A stretch of 54,722 nucleotides of DNA, filler included, from Sphacelaria rigidula (lineage: Eukaryota): the NCBI GenBank assembly GCA_964200075.2. It is 5 parts of 5 records of this genome, joined end to end, with 100 filler letters (N's around TTAATTAATTAA, not from the genome) between each part and the next. Parts side by side here need not be neighbours in the genome. Positions count along the whole stretch, not along the records: positions 10,966 to 21,830 come from CAXNAA020005771.1; positions 21,931 to 32,795 come from CAXNAA020005772.1; 3 more parts are not named here. One strand, 5' to 3'. Shown piece by piece: positions 12,751 through 25,222 of the stretch. The first letter of the stretch is position 1; each line of letters opens with the position of its first letter. Made by a program: the position numbers and the translations under genes. The notes below the pieces were generated by a model. It was not told where the DNA came from, did no database searches, and saw only the letters and a list, made by a program, of their open reading frames with translations.

Positions 12751-13982
12751 GACCACGATTGGCAGTCGGAACGAGCGCCTTGATTGTCTGAAACGAAGCT
12801 GCGGCAACACCATCTTTGTCATCGTAGGTGACATACACAGAAACACTCAGCCGCCGCCAAGCGCGAGCAAGATGAAGCACCACGACACGAACCCGTCGAA
12901 TCAGGGGCGGTCCGCCCTCGACAACTCCCTGGAATCCGCGCGCCCGGAGAGGTGAGGAAGATAATGGATGTAGTTTATGCTGGAAACAACGTAGGTTCTG
13001 TGTCGGCAGGTGTCATCACAACGTCATCTGCCGTGAGACCTACTTCCATGAACATTTATATGTAGTTGCGATGGGTTGAATACATTATTTGATCACTCCC
13101 AGCTCTATACTCCTCGTCACCACCATGTACACAATGTTTGTCGGTGGTGGCATCAAATGTACCGTCAAATTTGGTCCGTGTGCTCTTCATTGAGAGAGAA
13201 CTGACTGTAGTTGGCATGGACGCCCGCTCAAGCCACCTCATATCATTGTCCAAGTAACAGCGTCGCTCTCTCGCACACAAGAGGCAAAACGAAGTTTGTT
13301 TCGCCGGACGCGCAATCTTAGGCTTACCACAGCATAACATCCCGTAGGGATGCTGTGATTTAACCAAACAGAAGCGTACGCATTTGGAAGGAGATTCACG
13401 AATATGTCCCATACATTATGCAAGGGAGAGGCCGAATTAAGGGCGAACGGGCAGTGCTTGCGGGACCGAGTTGAAACGCGGCGCGACACCTTTTGTTGGC
13501 CCCTCCAATGACTCGATAGTGCCCAGAAAGCCCCATTGTGCATGATGTCCGTAGTGCGGAAAGTCTTGATATTGACAAATATTTTGCTTATCCATCAAAC
13601 CTCGGACCCAGCCCCTAATAACAGGAGCATCACTAGTACCACGTGCGCACGTGAGCTCCATAGCGAAGATTTCGCTCATTGTTGTGGGAGTCTGAAGAAG
13701 GAATTCCGACGCCAACGCCTCTCGAATGAAAATGGACCCACGGCGGGACAGCAGCGGCAGCAGCAATTTTGACCCTCACTCACACCCCGCGTGACTAGTA
13801 CTACTCGGCTGCTTCTACTTGTAGGCAGCAGCGCTTCCAGTAAATAGTAAGGAGAGGTTGCTCCTTTCATGCAGCATGTCGTGACAGCTGCATGGCGTCT
13901 GTTCGCCAACCGACATTCTACTCGTTCAGGTACAGCAGCTACCACGACAGTGAATCGAGGGAGGGCCCCACCATTCGCGAAG

Positions 13983-14341
13983 AACACAAGATTTTACAAA
14001 TTGGGGATCGAATATTTATTGGGGATGAGAATCCGGAGAATTCAAATATTCGTATCGACACGAAATCTTCGGAACATGTTTACATTGTTTCACTTGCTAG
14101 AAGCTATTGACAACTGCTACACGCCGTACAAATTCGGATTTTAATAACCGAAATGTCGGGGTCCTGGGTGAAAAAGCAACCTCGGGGAATTTAGATGATC
14201 TGATCGGACACCACAATTGGCTTTTCACCTAGAACCTCGACATTTCGGTTATCGAAATCTCAATTTGTATGGCGTGTGGTACTTGTCAATAGGTACCAGG
14301 AAATGAAGAAATGGAAGCATATTTCGAATATTTGGTGCGCA
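13983..14341. mobile_element. Foldback element (family of 6041-6533), truncated on the right by the LTR
   Basis: Homologous to ~6140-6345; internal inverted arms ~14060-14175 and ~14222-14335; similarity stops where TGTAAGG begins. Confidence 0.7.
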
Positions 14342-14691
14342 TGTAAGGAAGGCGTATCGCTAGAGTAGACAGAGACCTACGGGGGAGACTGCCGTCCTGA
14401 TGCCGGAGGATCTCCAAGGCTGGCGATGATTTTCTCTTATACATGTAGGCAAGAAGGGGGTCAGACGAGAAGTGGTGGCCAAAGGTGACCAGTTCCTCGG
14501 GGGATGTTTGACCGGCCTAATATGAGGCTCTCCCTGGCATTACCCCGAGTTGTCTAGTGTCGTTGGCATTACAGGATCATCAGTGGTCTGATCCTTCCGG
14601 ACCATTCCTACCTTGTCCCTGCTCACGCTGGTTCTTCATACATGTATGGCATCAGTCTCTGATATGTCACTGCAAAGAGGTGTCTTCTACA
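14342..14691 (-). repeat. Putative 3' LTR with adjacent polypurine tract (14692-14705)
   Basis: TGTA...TACA termini; minus-strand GAAGGGGCGGGTGA immediately precedes TGTAGAAG; boundary coincides with truncation of the foldback element. No second LTR in the contig to confirm. Confidence 0.55.
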
Positions 14692-16039
14692 TCACCCGCC
14701 CCTTCATGCGCCTCAAGCCCATCAGGACTGTGGTTGGCAGGACAAGGTGATCATCAACTTCGCTGACGATGTAATTAGGGAAGTGTCTTTGAGTGACAAT
14801 GATTAATTATGCCACGCCACTGCTAATCGCAAAGGCAGCCCTTCTCTATACTGTGGTATTGAGTCAACACCTCCAGTAAATTTCAGCTACCGGTGGTCAG
14901 TAACAGTGCATGTATTGCAAACCGTTTGATTTCGGTTTTCTCTGTCATGTAGCTGGGTCATATGTGACATATTTCCATCAGATGTGTTTGCACTTGGGTG
15001 CTGGTTGCATCTGCTGGTATGCAAAACTGGGCACTAGGACACTGATCGGTCCACGAGCACCTGGGTTATTCCTGCCCGGATTCTGGGATGCCTTCGGTTC
15101 CGCTGACACCGGAGTAGGGCGACGTTCTCGGGTTAGTAACAAGACGGTGTTTGAGGTGTTTTTGACCTGCAAGCATTGTGCTCTTTTGGCTCAACACCGA
15201 CAAAATGACCCTTGCTTCTTGTTATTTTGTGTCATGTATCTGCGTTATGTGTGTATGGGATGCTTTTGCACTTTGGTGTAGGCTGGATCAGTTAGGTATA
15301 CATGACTAGGCACTTGGGCACCGACCGGTTCAGGGGTGCTTGAGGTATTCATGCGCGTGTTCTGGGATGCCTTCGGTTCCACTGACACCGGAGTAGGACG
15401 AAGTCCTCGCGTTAGTACCAAAGCGGTGGATCTGATGCTTATCTTGCGGGCATTGTGCTCTTTGGTGAAACATCGACATGATCCTTGCTCCTAATTATTT
15501 TGTGGCATGTCAGTGTGTCACAGGTGACCTATTTCCACCGATTGCCTCTGTACTTTGGTACTGGATGCATCTGCTGCTTATACGTGCCTGGGCACTGGGA
15601 CACTGATCGGTCCACGGGCGCCTGGGCTATTTTTTGTCCAGGTTCTGGGATGCCTTCGGTTTCGCTGACACCGGAGTAGGACACCGTCGTCGTGTTAGTA
15701 ACAAAGCAGGGGGTATTATGTTTATCATGCGAGCATTGTGCTCTTCGGTTAAACATCATCGAAATGAGTTTCACTTCTTGTCAGCAACTACCCCGATTGC
15801 TGAGAGGCTATCTTCCTTGGGAAGTTGCACCCCAGTCACCGCTGACATGTCAGATATTTTTCTGTTCATGTCTGCATTGTTCTAACGTCGTTGTGACCCT
15901 CATTGATCTCCGAATTGTGACCACAGGCTACTGCTCAACCCTTGAGCGTTTTGCTAGGACGCTCGAACATCTGTTGAAGATGCACATCCGTTTCCGTTAC
16001 CCGGTATTTTCGGATTTCGACTCCGGATCTGAGCGCTTT

Positions 16040-16560
16040 GCTAACCCGTTGTCATGACGGCATATATCAATGAGATGCCTACCTTGTGGTGTTTCGTCAG
16101 CTCGATGAGTTAGGTCAGCTGCTGGGCCGTAGCTTCTGGGTCTCAACTGATACCTATGGTTACAAAGACTTCCCCGACCTGGTCCTGGAACGCAGGGTAC
16201 CACTTTTTCGACAGCGTAAGGTTCTATTGCAGACAACGTTTCGTCTGATTGGTCTCTCTGGTAGAGGTATCCGTTTGCCTAGGAACAACTCGCTCGATGT
16301 ATCGACGTCTGACGCGGGTGGCATTTCCTGCGGATGATATTTCTTCAAGTGAGCGAGATGTCCTGACGGTCTTTGTTTTTAGAGTCGTCGCTTATTTTGA
16401 TTCTGTACACAACCGGCGATCATCTCTCGTTTATCATGAAAGGTTCTCTCCAGGGTATTTGGAGTTTTGGGTTCGGCCCTCCTGAATCCTGGCATGGTTG
16501 GTACATGAGTACCTTTTTACCGGACTTGAACACTGGGAACGGTGTTAATTTGTTTTAGCT
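16040..16560 (-). pseudogene. Gypsy integrase C-terminus and chromodomain-like remnant (copy 1)
   Basis: FPVFKSGKKVLMYQPCQDSGGPNPKLQIPWREPFMINER*SPVVYRIK...LKKYHPQ...LFLGKRIPLP...EPYAVEKVV...RYQLRPRSYGPAADLTHRADETPQGRHLI. Confidence 0.8.
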
Positions 16561-16702
16561 TCCTTGCTCGTTCGCTCTTCCTCGTAGAGCTTGTCTCGCA
16601 ATTTCAAATCCAAACTGTAGGTTTTCCTGTGCTTTTTTGCAAAATACTTTGGGTATTGCAGCATTTCCCGAATGCAAAATGTGGTGAAACTCTATCGATT
16701 AA

Positions 16703-18228
16703 CCCTTTTGGACCTCACAATGGAAAATTGATCATTTGCAATTGACGGGTTTTGAGCAAGATATGGTTGATGGTTCACAGCTTAGACGCAACAATTTTGG
16801 CCAAACGTGTATTTTTCAGACCCCTACGAGTGACAAGTGGAACACGAGAAGGTTTCCTATTTTCTTGCTGCGACCTGTCAGCGTTTTTTTCTACACTCAT
16901 GAGCTCCTTCCCCGGCCACAGTGCGCGGCAGGCCTCTGTGAAGCATGCTTCCCGCCTGACCCGCACGCCCTGCCCGCTGCAGTTTATACTATTTGCAGTG
17001 TCATACCAACAAGGGCAACGCCAATGGCACATTCGCTGAATGTATGAACTGGTGGTATATAATCCCAGGCAGTCACGTTTCCGTGCCGCGGGGGATGCTG
17101 TGAAACTACCCTGTACAGTACTGGGTGTGTTTGCAGCAGTTTGGGGTAATCTCGACTGCAGACTCACGTCATGCACAACGTTGCGCTCATGCACGTTCCG
17201 ACAGCACCATCCCGCCCTTTGAAAAATGGGTAAAGGCGGCGCAGACGCCATGTGCCCTGTAGTTATGCACCGTTACTGTGGTATCGAGTCTACCAAGTGC
17301 CGTCGCCCCAGGGGTGATACCTCACTGCTTCGTGTCATGTCTGTATTGTACTTTGAAAATATCTCTGTGGAACGCAGGGCATGCACAGAACTGCGCTCTG
17401 CCAAGTACGTGCCGACAACATCATACTTCGGGCTGACTATTACACAACGGCGTAGCGAAAGGCACAGTTGCCCCACCACATCTTCACCGCGGGTTGATCG
17501 TTCCCAACCGTTGCATAGACATACTTCATGCTGCAGGAGATTCATGACGCCGGCTACCGCTATTGTCTCGTGCCGTCTACTCTCGTGGCCGACTTTTCAC
17601 GACATGCCCATATTTATCTTGCACGGAGTGTAGGCGCAAGTCAGTACTGTAACCTACTGTATTTACTGACTGTAGTGTTTGTCATCTGGCCTGATTACGG
17701 TAGGCGGTGTCCGTCGGCTCCCTCCCGTGTACATATATATCGCCTGCTCGGACGCCTGCGATTACGCCCGCCATGTACCACTCGCACAACCCACTGTGCC
17801 TTCAAAATGTGGTGACGGGATTTCGCTGGGGTCAGCCATGCTATTCTGTATGTACGGTGTGGCTTGGTAGACTTGCCACCCGATGCTGCAGATCGTCAAA
17901 GCGGTGCTCTCCTTGTCTGCAAATGCGGAAATTCTGATATACCGATGTGCCTGATTGGACCCTGGGCCCCACTGCTGTTTTTTGAATGGAATGTTTCAAA
18001 GTGGTTCTGCTGATTATTGTCGATAGATACAATTGGACACACTTCATCCGTTGAGTGGTATGATTGGACAAACCTCACCCGATCTTTCCAGGGAGGACAT
18101 TCTTCTTCAGTCTTCCATTATAAAAATGGTTGCCGTCGGCCTTTTCTGTTTCCATCTTTTCGTCTTCGTCAGGGCTTCTCATAATAAGGCGTTTGGCCAG
18201 TGGACAGGAGGGGAGGGTTCCAGCAGGG
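16703..18228 (-). mobile_element. Non-autonomous piggyBac-like DNA transposon nested in the Gypsy integrase
   Basis: TTAA at 16699-16702 and 18229-18232; termini CCCTTTTGGA and TCCAGCAGGG (imperfect TIR). Minus-strand remnants resemble piggyBac transposase (EIFSKYNTDM; Cys-rich tail RKRDCL...CSGQGVRVRREACFTE). Confidence 0.75.
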
Positions 18229-19144
18229 TTAACCCTTAGACCGCGAGATCAGTCTTTCTGGATCATGCATACTTTTTTTCATTTGATATTGATGCCGATT
18301 CAACAGAAGACTAATCTCGTGGTCTAGGGGTCAAGCCTCTCTATTCGAGGGACTGAGGCGATCATTCATGAAGAGAATTATAACAACGTGGATTCTTCAT
18401 TGTATGTGTGTTATGATACCATTATACTAGCCTGTGTGAGAACGTGTCATATCCTCTATTATCCTGCCGTGTTGAGTAAACACAAGACGGTAAATTTTAT
18501 CAACGTTCGCATCCAGGTTCATGTGATCAGCGTACTTTTGTCGGCGGTTGGCGACTTGGTCACTTGATCGCGGCATCTGTGAAACCTACCTGTGTGATCA
18601 GTACAGATTGCGATGCCCCCATAGATGCTGATTTATGGGCGATTCAGTGGAAAACATTGGGTTTTCGCATGAGAGTGGGTTGCCGTCCTGCGTTTTGCTT
18701 GGACTTTAACCCGTGGTGATTACCGTATGATATGGTAATACTTGCGTCTAGGGAAGACGAATATCAAGACAAAAAGAGAACGGTGGCTGTTATTTGCATG
18801 TCTGGAGTGGTGTACTTCCAAGATTGCAAAACTTCCACGGCCCTCCTCGCCAGCAATATCCCTATTTCGCTGGTAAGAGCTCAGACCTTTGGGTCGAGTC
18901 TCTCTTCACCGCTGATGTCCTTGTGGTCGCGCTGACCATGGCATCAATTCTCCTTCGTCTTGATTTTTTACCGAACGCGTCTGCATGTAGTGGGAAATTT
19001 TCCTGCGAGCGCACGTTTCCGGGCATTGTTCTCTACGGGAAACTTGGTTTCCGCTGGAACAGTTACCCTAACCCGTTTTACTCTTGTCGTGTTATGAGAC
19101 GGCGGGTCTGGTGGAGGCGGGCTGATCAGTTTTGCTTGATTTTT

Positions 19145-19560
19145 ATACGCATATGAGATGTTGACATAGGGGCACCTCGTCCGCTCGGTACTCTAGGTCA
19201 GCTAATGGGCTGTAACCTTTGAGTTTGAGGCGGTATTTGTAACTGAGGTCACATTTCCGCCCTGGGTTTTGTTTATGTCCCACCCCTTGTCAACAGTGTA
19301 GCATTCGAATTTTTCGGTTGTGCTGAATCTGGGCGGTTAACTTCTGTAAGAGGCAATACTTTCCCCAAGAAAAAGTCGGCAAGGCGATTAAAATCGGGCG
19401 TCGTTACTTTCTTCTGTGGGTAGTAGTTTTTGTTTTCGAGTGAGCCAAGTGTACGGGCATTTGCTTTCGTCGTTGCCCAACTTTACTTCGTATACTAGTG
19501 GCGATACTTTGGCACAGATAACGCCATTTGCACGCGTGGTTGCCTAGTTCTCTTGCCTGA
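19145..19560 (-). pseudogene. Second Gypsy integrase C-terminus and chromodomain-like remnant (copy 2)
   Basis: CAKVSPLVYEVKLGND...PDFNRLADFFLGKVLPL...ECYTVDK/VGHKQNPGRKCDLSYKYRLKLKGYSPLADLEYRADEVPLCQHLI; paralogous to copy 1. Confidence 0.78.
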
Positions 19561-19759
19561 CTGAACTGCGCATTGCCAGCATAGCGTGTAGACTTGAGTG
19601 TACCCGCTCTGAAACTTCGTTGCCATTGAGGTGTGAACGGAGTCGTGCGGGTTTTCTCAGTTCATAGCAGTGTCTAGCTGGTAAATCACCCGATTCTCAA
19701 GCTCTTTGCCTCGAGTGATCAGAGCCAACTTTTCCGGAATATCGAATGTTGTAAGAACT

Positions 19760-20720
19760 TTATCAACCAGTATCTGTGCTTTTTCCGGTTTCCGGGTGAG
19801 GCCCGCTGCTTGCAGCGCCTTGAACATGCCCTCAGATAGAGACAGGTGGCTTTCCCACGAAGAAGAACACGCGATTAAATCGTCCATGTACACCTGGAGG
19901 CCGCTTATCCGATCCAAAGTGGGTGAAAGTGAGAGTCATTACTCGTGAGAAGATAAATGGGAATGACGCTAATCCGAGTGGGAGGCGGCTGATTACCCAT
20001 CTACCTTTACTCGTGACGGATACTGTCGTCTCCTTTTCTTCTTCCGCTATAGGGGTTGGGTGAAATGCACTCTGCGCATAGAAGACAGAAATTATTTTCC
20101 TCCCGCCACCGTGTCAATGAGGTTTCATGTGCGGCATCGGCCATGACTTACGAACCAGACTTTTGTTGAGTGTAGATCTGTAGTCTACGCAAAATCGAGT
20201 GTGCTCGATGACCGTCTCTTTCTATTTCGTGTACACATTTATTGATGACCTCTTGTGCCCTTGGGTTGGCCCTCTATGGCTGTGCGTCAACCCTGTGTGT
20301 ACCTGCTGGAGTGGTGTTTGGCTTCACTTATCGTGTAGCTTCCTAACTCCCGTTATAAAAACGAAAAGACTGTCCGGTATTTCGTATACAGGTCGAGGAC
20401 TTGGGCCTCTGTTCCTGCGAAAATGTGCGGCTTTGAAAGACTTGGGATAAAAAGTGGATTGCGCTTCTCATGATCCACCACAGCGATGACGTACTTACAA
20501 GCAACCAGCTGAGGATTTCGTTTCGTATACACATTTGTCGATGACTTGTTGTACCCTTGGGGTTGGCCCTGTAGGGTAGTCTGTCGACCCGCTGTGACAT
20601 CTGTCGGAGTGGACATCTAACTTCACTTATCGTTCAGCATCCTAACCCCTGCGGGGAGAACGAAAAGATTGCCCGGTATCCGGTACACAGATTGAGGACT
20701 TTGGTAACCTGCGACTTGAT
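19760..20720 (-). pseudogene. Gypsy reverse transcriptase remnant
   Basis: PYRANP, RFCVDYRSTLNKSLVRKSWPMP, AQSAFH, RLPLGL and VYMDDLIACSSSWESHL...LQAAGLT motifs with frameshifts. Confidence 0.9.
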
Positions 20721-21222
20721 TCAGCAACTGCACTGCCTGTGTTTGTCTTTTCATTGTTCGGACCTCTCTCTGAGACAAGAGTAATGTATCCTAACAGAGT
20801 GTTTTCGATCAATACGAAGGTGCCTGCTCGATGGATTGGCGACCTGAACCATAGCCGTCTCATTCACCGTTGACCATGTACAAATTGCGTGCCACAATCA
20901 GACGTTTGAAACTGGTGGTATGTCTAATGATTGAACGCCCTGTTCCGTGACTACGCGCGGCTCAATTAACGCAGTGGGCGTCACTTCCGGAGGCTCATCC
21001 GAGTCGACATAAAGAGCCATTTCAGTTTGCGGAGGAACAACGCATTTTGTTTTTAGATACACTGGGTAAAGTTGCGTCGCAGATTTGCTGTGCTCGTTCC
21101 GTCTCTTGTGTGTAGCTTTGATACTAACATAGAGTTTCGGAGCGATTGTGTCTCAGCTTCGCAGTCCAAAATGCCTCCAAACGCTCTAATCAGTGAATAA
21201 TTATTCCGCATGTGGTCGGAGA

Positions 21223-21555
21223 CTAGATCTCGTAGAACCAATGCTTCGACGAGTAGGATTTTGTCCCTAACGTGAGGTCGAAACGAGTGAAACCCACTAC
21301 TTTGATTGGTGAGTTGTCCGCGCTTCTAAGATCCGAAGATCCGCTTGAAACAGGTTTTATGTCCACCGTATTCAAAATAGGATGCGAACGGATAAACTTT
21401 AAGCTAACGGTAGGTATGTCGGATGCTGAAACTATGGTCAGAGCTTCCACCGTACTATCATTTACTCTAGCTGGTACTTGGACTCCTACTGAGGCTGGAT
21501 GTATCGTGACGGGTCCTTTCGGGTACCGTGCCACCGAAGACATGTGAAAAGCCAT
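21223..21555 (-). pseudogene. Gypsy aspartic-protease-like remnant
   Basis: VEALTIVSASDIPTVSLKF...LRSADNSPIKVVGFTRFDLTLG, located upstream of RT; catalytic Asp not intact. Confidence 0.6.
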
Positions 21556-21830
21556 GAACGCCTGAGCGTCGGAAGTCAGAAACTCCGATCGGCTTTTGCA
21601 TTAACCATACATGACGGTTAAGCTATGAAAGCTACTTGTGGAACACTCTCCAAGTACGAAGGCCGGTTACTCTACACCATTTTTCGACTTGTGGTGCTCA
21701 CTCTGAGCTTCTAACAGCCGATCCTAATGTTTGGGGTTGAAACATGATATGAGGTTGAAGTTCCATTTCTCCATTACAGGGAAGATACGAAAGAGTAACA
21801 CAGAGCAAAAGTATCTTCCCCCCCCAAACT

Positions 21831-21930
21831 NNNNNNNNNNNNNNNNNNNNNNNNNNNNNNNNNNNNNNNNNNNNTTAATTAATTAANNNNNNNNNNNNNN
21901 NNNNNNNNNNNNNNNNNNNNNNNNNNNNNN
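21831..21930. other. Artificial contig linker
   Basis: Same 100-bp N/TTAATTAATTAA/N structure. Confidence 0.99.
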
Positions 21931-22013
21931 CAAACCTCCTACAATGTCCCCTAGCTCGACTCTGTACACGAGTCACCCTACCCATTCGGGCGCCGGTCCT
22001 CAGGTTCTCTCTC

Positions 22014-22206
22014 TATATATACATGATTTAGAGCCCGAGGACCATAAATGGGTCGTTGACGCGCACAATTGCCGTACTCCACATATCCGCGTGACTGTCA
22101 GGCTGTATACTATATATACATGATTTAGAGCCCGAGGACCATAAACGGGTCGTCGACGCGCATAATTGCCGTACTCCACATATCCGCGTGACTGTCATGC
22201 TGTATA
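22014..22206 (+). repeat. Tandem duplication, two units of ~97 bp
   Basis: TATATATACATGATTTAGAGCCCGAGGACCATAAA...GTGACTGTCA.GCTGTATA occurs twice with few substitutions. Confidence 0.92.
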
Positions 22207-23250
22207 ATCTCGTGGAAGAAAGCCTCGGACGCTCTGACGCTCTGCGAGTTTAACGCCCCACAACTGAAAAATTCCAACAAAGAACATGATGAATCTCCGC
22301 GACATGTGGCCTTACCCTTTGGACAGCCAAGCAGGGTGTGTGTGTCATCAGGGTATTCCAGACATTTCAAGTCAACGTTGTGCCTGTTCGACAGATGACC
22401 GCCCCAGGCGGTCACAGGGTCAGGGTCGTTTCTTAAACCCGCCCTTCTTGAAGGTGGGGGTATATTTGAAAGTTCTCCGTTGGTTTTTCCCCAATTCCTC
22501 AGAAAGGATAGTGTCATGTTGAACGGTCTGGGCCCACGTCCTACCCACCACATCCCATCACACCGTGTGATGCCAGCCGCGCAGGCGCCCAGTCACGATT
22601 GTCGCGAAGAACAGCAAAACATTTGTACAGTAGTGCGGTCTAGTCGCGATTTCTGGGATATCGGAGCTGTGCATGCCCCAGCCTGCATCTCACAAGCAGC
22701 AGTGGTAGTGCTGATTATCGGGGGTACGCCCACCTTCGAATCGTGGAAATGGACATGAACATTACCATAAAAAAAACTCGCGCATCTTTCCAAATAGCCA
22801 AATAGAGGTGTTATACCGTTGAAAAAAAAGGCGTCGTGCTGTATATTAATAGACTGCCTGCACAGCAAGGTGATCATGCATAGCGTCCAACATAAATATG
22901 TGGCAGCGATACTGTGTTCATTTCTCCTGTTTCATGGCGGTAAAAAAGGCGTCAGATACCCCCAAACTCAAATTTCCATTTCAAATTTGCGCACCATGTG
23001 CGAGACGCGGGCTAATACAGGGGAGACAGAAGATTTGAACTCCTTCACTGTTAGTTTCATGGGTCGACCGCCTACCGGACCCACACTCCGCTGGAAAAAC
23101 AGCTCCCGACCCCAGAGTTTTGGAGGTTCGCCCCACACAAATGAAATTCCAGAAAAGAGCATTTATTTATTATTTTGAAAAAAAGGCCCGAAAAGAACAA
23201 ACCAGGTGTTTGCTGTGATTTCAGCATTTATTTCAGCTACACACACACAC

Positions 23251-25076
23251 CTGTAGACCAAAATGATACAACAGAGGTCTTCGCGCAAAACCGGTGGTTG
23301 AAAACATCTCGTGTTACAGGGTTCACGACCCCAGAAGCTCTCCCACCACCGTGCTGACGCATTTTGGGTGCGATTGGCGCCACACCGATTTGACCTCTGC
23401 AAACACCAACTGCACATGGGACATCGTGTACACCCCTCTTCTCGCTAGAGAGTTCTCGGTCTGCCTAAGGGTTCGATAAAAAACAAAGTATGTCCAACCA
23501 TGAAATTGAGCGGGGGTTCGCGGGACCCCCTCGCGACAATCCTAAACGGTTACTGCACCAAAACGCAAACATGATGCATGCTGCCACTCCGCGTTGTTGT
23601 CGTCTTGCGTGTATACTGGTAAACAGTAGCCAAAACCGGGGAGTACTACTATTGCCGAGGGATCGTATGATGAATTGTCGATCTCCATGTTTATGGGCTA
23701 CTGTACTACATACAGTAACGAGATAACGAAACGCGACAAGAAGACACGAGAACATGAGGGGAGGCCAGACAACCATTGGTGAAGCACAAACACGTCGGCC
23801 CGATACAAAGCAAAAATAGTACACCTCTCCTATACCTCTGGCAATTGGCAATTGGCAATTGGCAATTGGAAATTGGAAATTGGAAATTGGGCACCCTTCT
23901 GGATGTACACAGGGTTCGTTCAAGGAATATTGATCGACCAAGGACGGTAGTAACGGGTAGCATGTGAGTTGCTGACTGGGTGTCGAAAAAACACCCCAGG
24001 GTTAGACACAATAATGCGCAAGCACTCTGGCAGTTCACGACATTCAAAATAAATATACATGGAGTAAAACGGGGGTACGCATTGCATAGTATTGTAGGTA
24101 CCACGTACAGATTGTACCGCACACCGTACAACAGTAGTAGTAGCAGAGCGTAGTGCAGTACACTACTCATCCAGAGAGAGGGCAACTTCGAAGTGGTGAA
24201 ACTTTACTTGTGTATCGGTTCTTGTGCGCCAGCTTCTTCGCTGCCGGAATAGCACACGACCGGGTTCATGCCAGGACGCACGAAGGATACACCTACTAGA
24301 AAGGCGCGAGTGCTTTAAGTCTAGGCGGGAGTGCTCTTGAGAGACTAAATAATGCTTTCTTCTTTTTCTTGAGCTGGTGTCATTCAGTAGCACAAGCCCA
24401 TGTGCACACGACCACACAGAGCAACAGCCAACTATACGAAGCAAATTGCTGTCACGTACTGCACATGCACATACTGTACAGAAGAAGACCTTGCGGAAAG
24501 AAAAAAGTATCATGATTGTACCGAGTCTATATCTCAGTTTTGTTTTGTCTGCGTCCCATACTGCCTTGGCGCCTACCTTGCGATTGGCCTCGATGATGCC
24601 TTGGCCCGGTCTCCCCGCCCGACGCGGATGCCTCGAGGAAGCGGAACTCGAAGAAACCTTGTGCGCGCGCATGAACATCTGCCGTTGTTTGTGCGGCAGC
24701 CAAGTTGAGACAAGAGATACGGTGATGGCAGAGGAATAGGAAAGAGTTGTGGGCGCTTGATGGATGGGCACTTTCCTTTCATGTTCGTCACCTGGAAAAG
24801 CAGTGGCATCTCGCAGGGACATGAACGGCTGTGGTTTGTAATTAAGCAAGCGATGGATATACCACCCACGCTCTTCGTGGGTCAACTGAACGGCTCGAGC
24901 TAGCTTGAGCTGCGCAAGCGTCTTACCTAGATATCAACCGAGCTCGCTGTATTTACGTGTCCTTCGTGAACTTATCTTGATGGAGAGCCAGCCTCGATGC
25001 ACGTAGTTTTTTCTTATTTCAAACACCACCGAAAGGCAACAGACACACCCAAAACACCGATCACCTGATGCGACAT
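23251..25076 (-). CDS. Possible spliced gene divergent from the PPR-like gene (candidate exons ~24866-24926, ~24577-24657, ~24208-24292, ~23251-23464); product unknown
   Basis: GT-AG-bounded blocks can be joined in an open frame (...LARAVQLTHEERGW/FLRVPLPRG...PIAR/CILRASWHEPGRVLF...DTQ/ADRELSSEK...). No family recognised; frame and start are ambiguous. Confidence 0.3.
23839..23890. repeat. Heptamer microsatellite (GGCAATT)4(GGAAATT)3
   Basis: Read directly from the sequence. Confidence 0.9.
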
Positions 25077-25131
25077 GAGACACGCGGGCGCGCACCCGTC
25101 GCTCTGACTGCAACCCGATAGTTTGCTGTTG

Positions 25132-25135
<4 letters not shown>

Positions 25136-25176
<41 letters not shown>

Positions 25177-25222
25177 TGCTGTTGCTGCTGTTGCTTCTGT
25201 TGCTCCTGCTGTTTGCTGCTTC
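25136..25222. repeat. (CTG/TTG)n trinucleotide microsatellite
   Basis: Read directly from the sequence. Confidence 0.95.

Larger units (their letters stand above)
14342..21600 (-). mobile_element. Degenerate Ty3/Gypsy LTR retrotransposon(s) with chromodomain-bearing integrase, internally duplicated and deleted
   Basis: Minus-strand order: protease-like region (21223-21555), RT (RFCVDYR...SWPMP...SAFH...RLPLGL...VYMDDL), integrase C-termini with GPY/F-type motif and chromodomain-like ends, putative PPT and LTR. Many stops and frameshifts. Confidence 0.88.

Noticed and set aside
13000..13980. Possible decayed coding sequence (several 100-aa ORFs)
   Set aside because: No motif or splice pattern I could support; it needs a translated database search.
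14950..15780. CRISPR-like array (conserved ~38-bp core repeated three times)
   Set aside because: Intervening sequences are ~240 bp and homologous to each other; there are no cas genes and the context is a eukaryotic retroelement.
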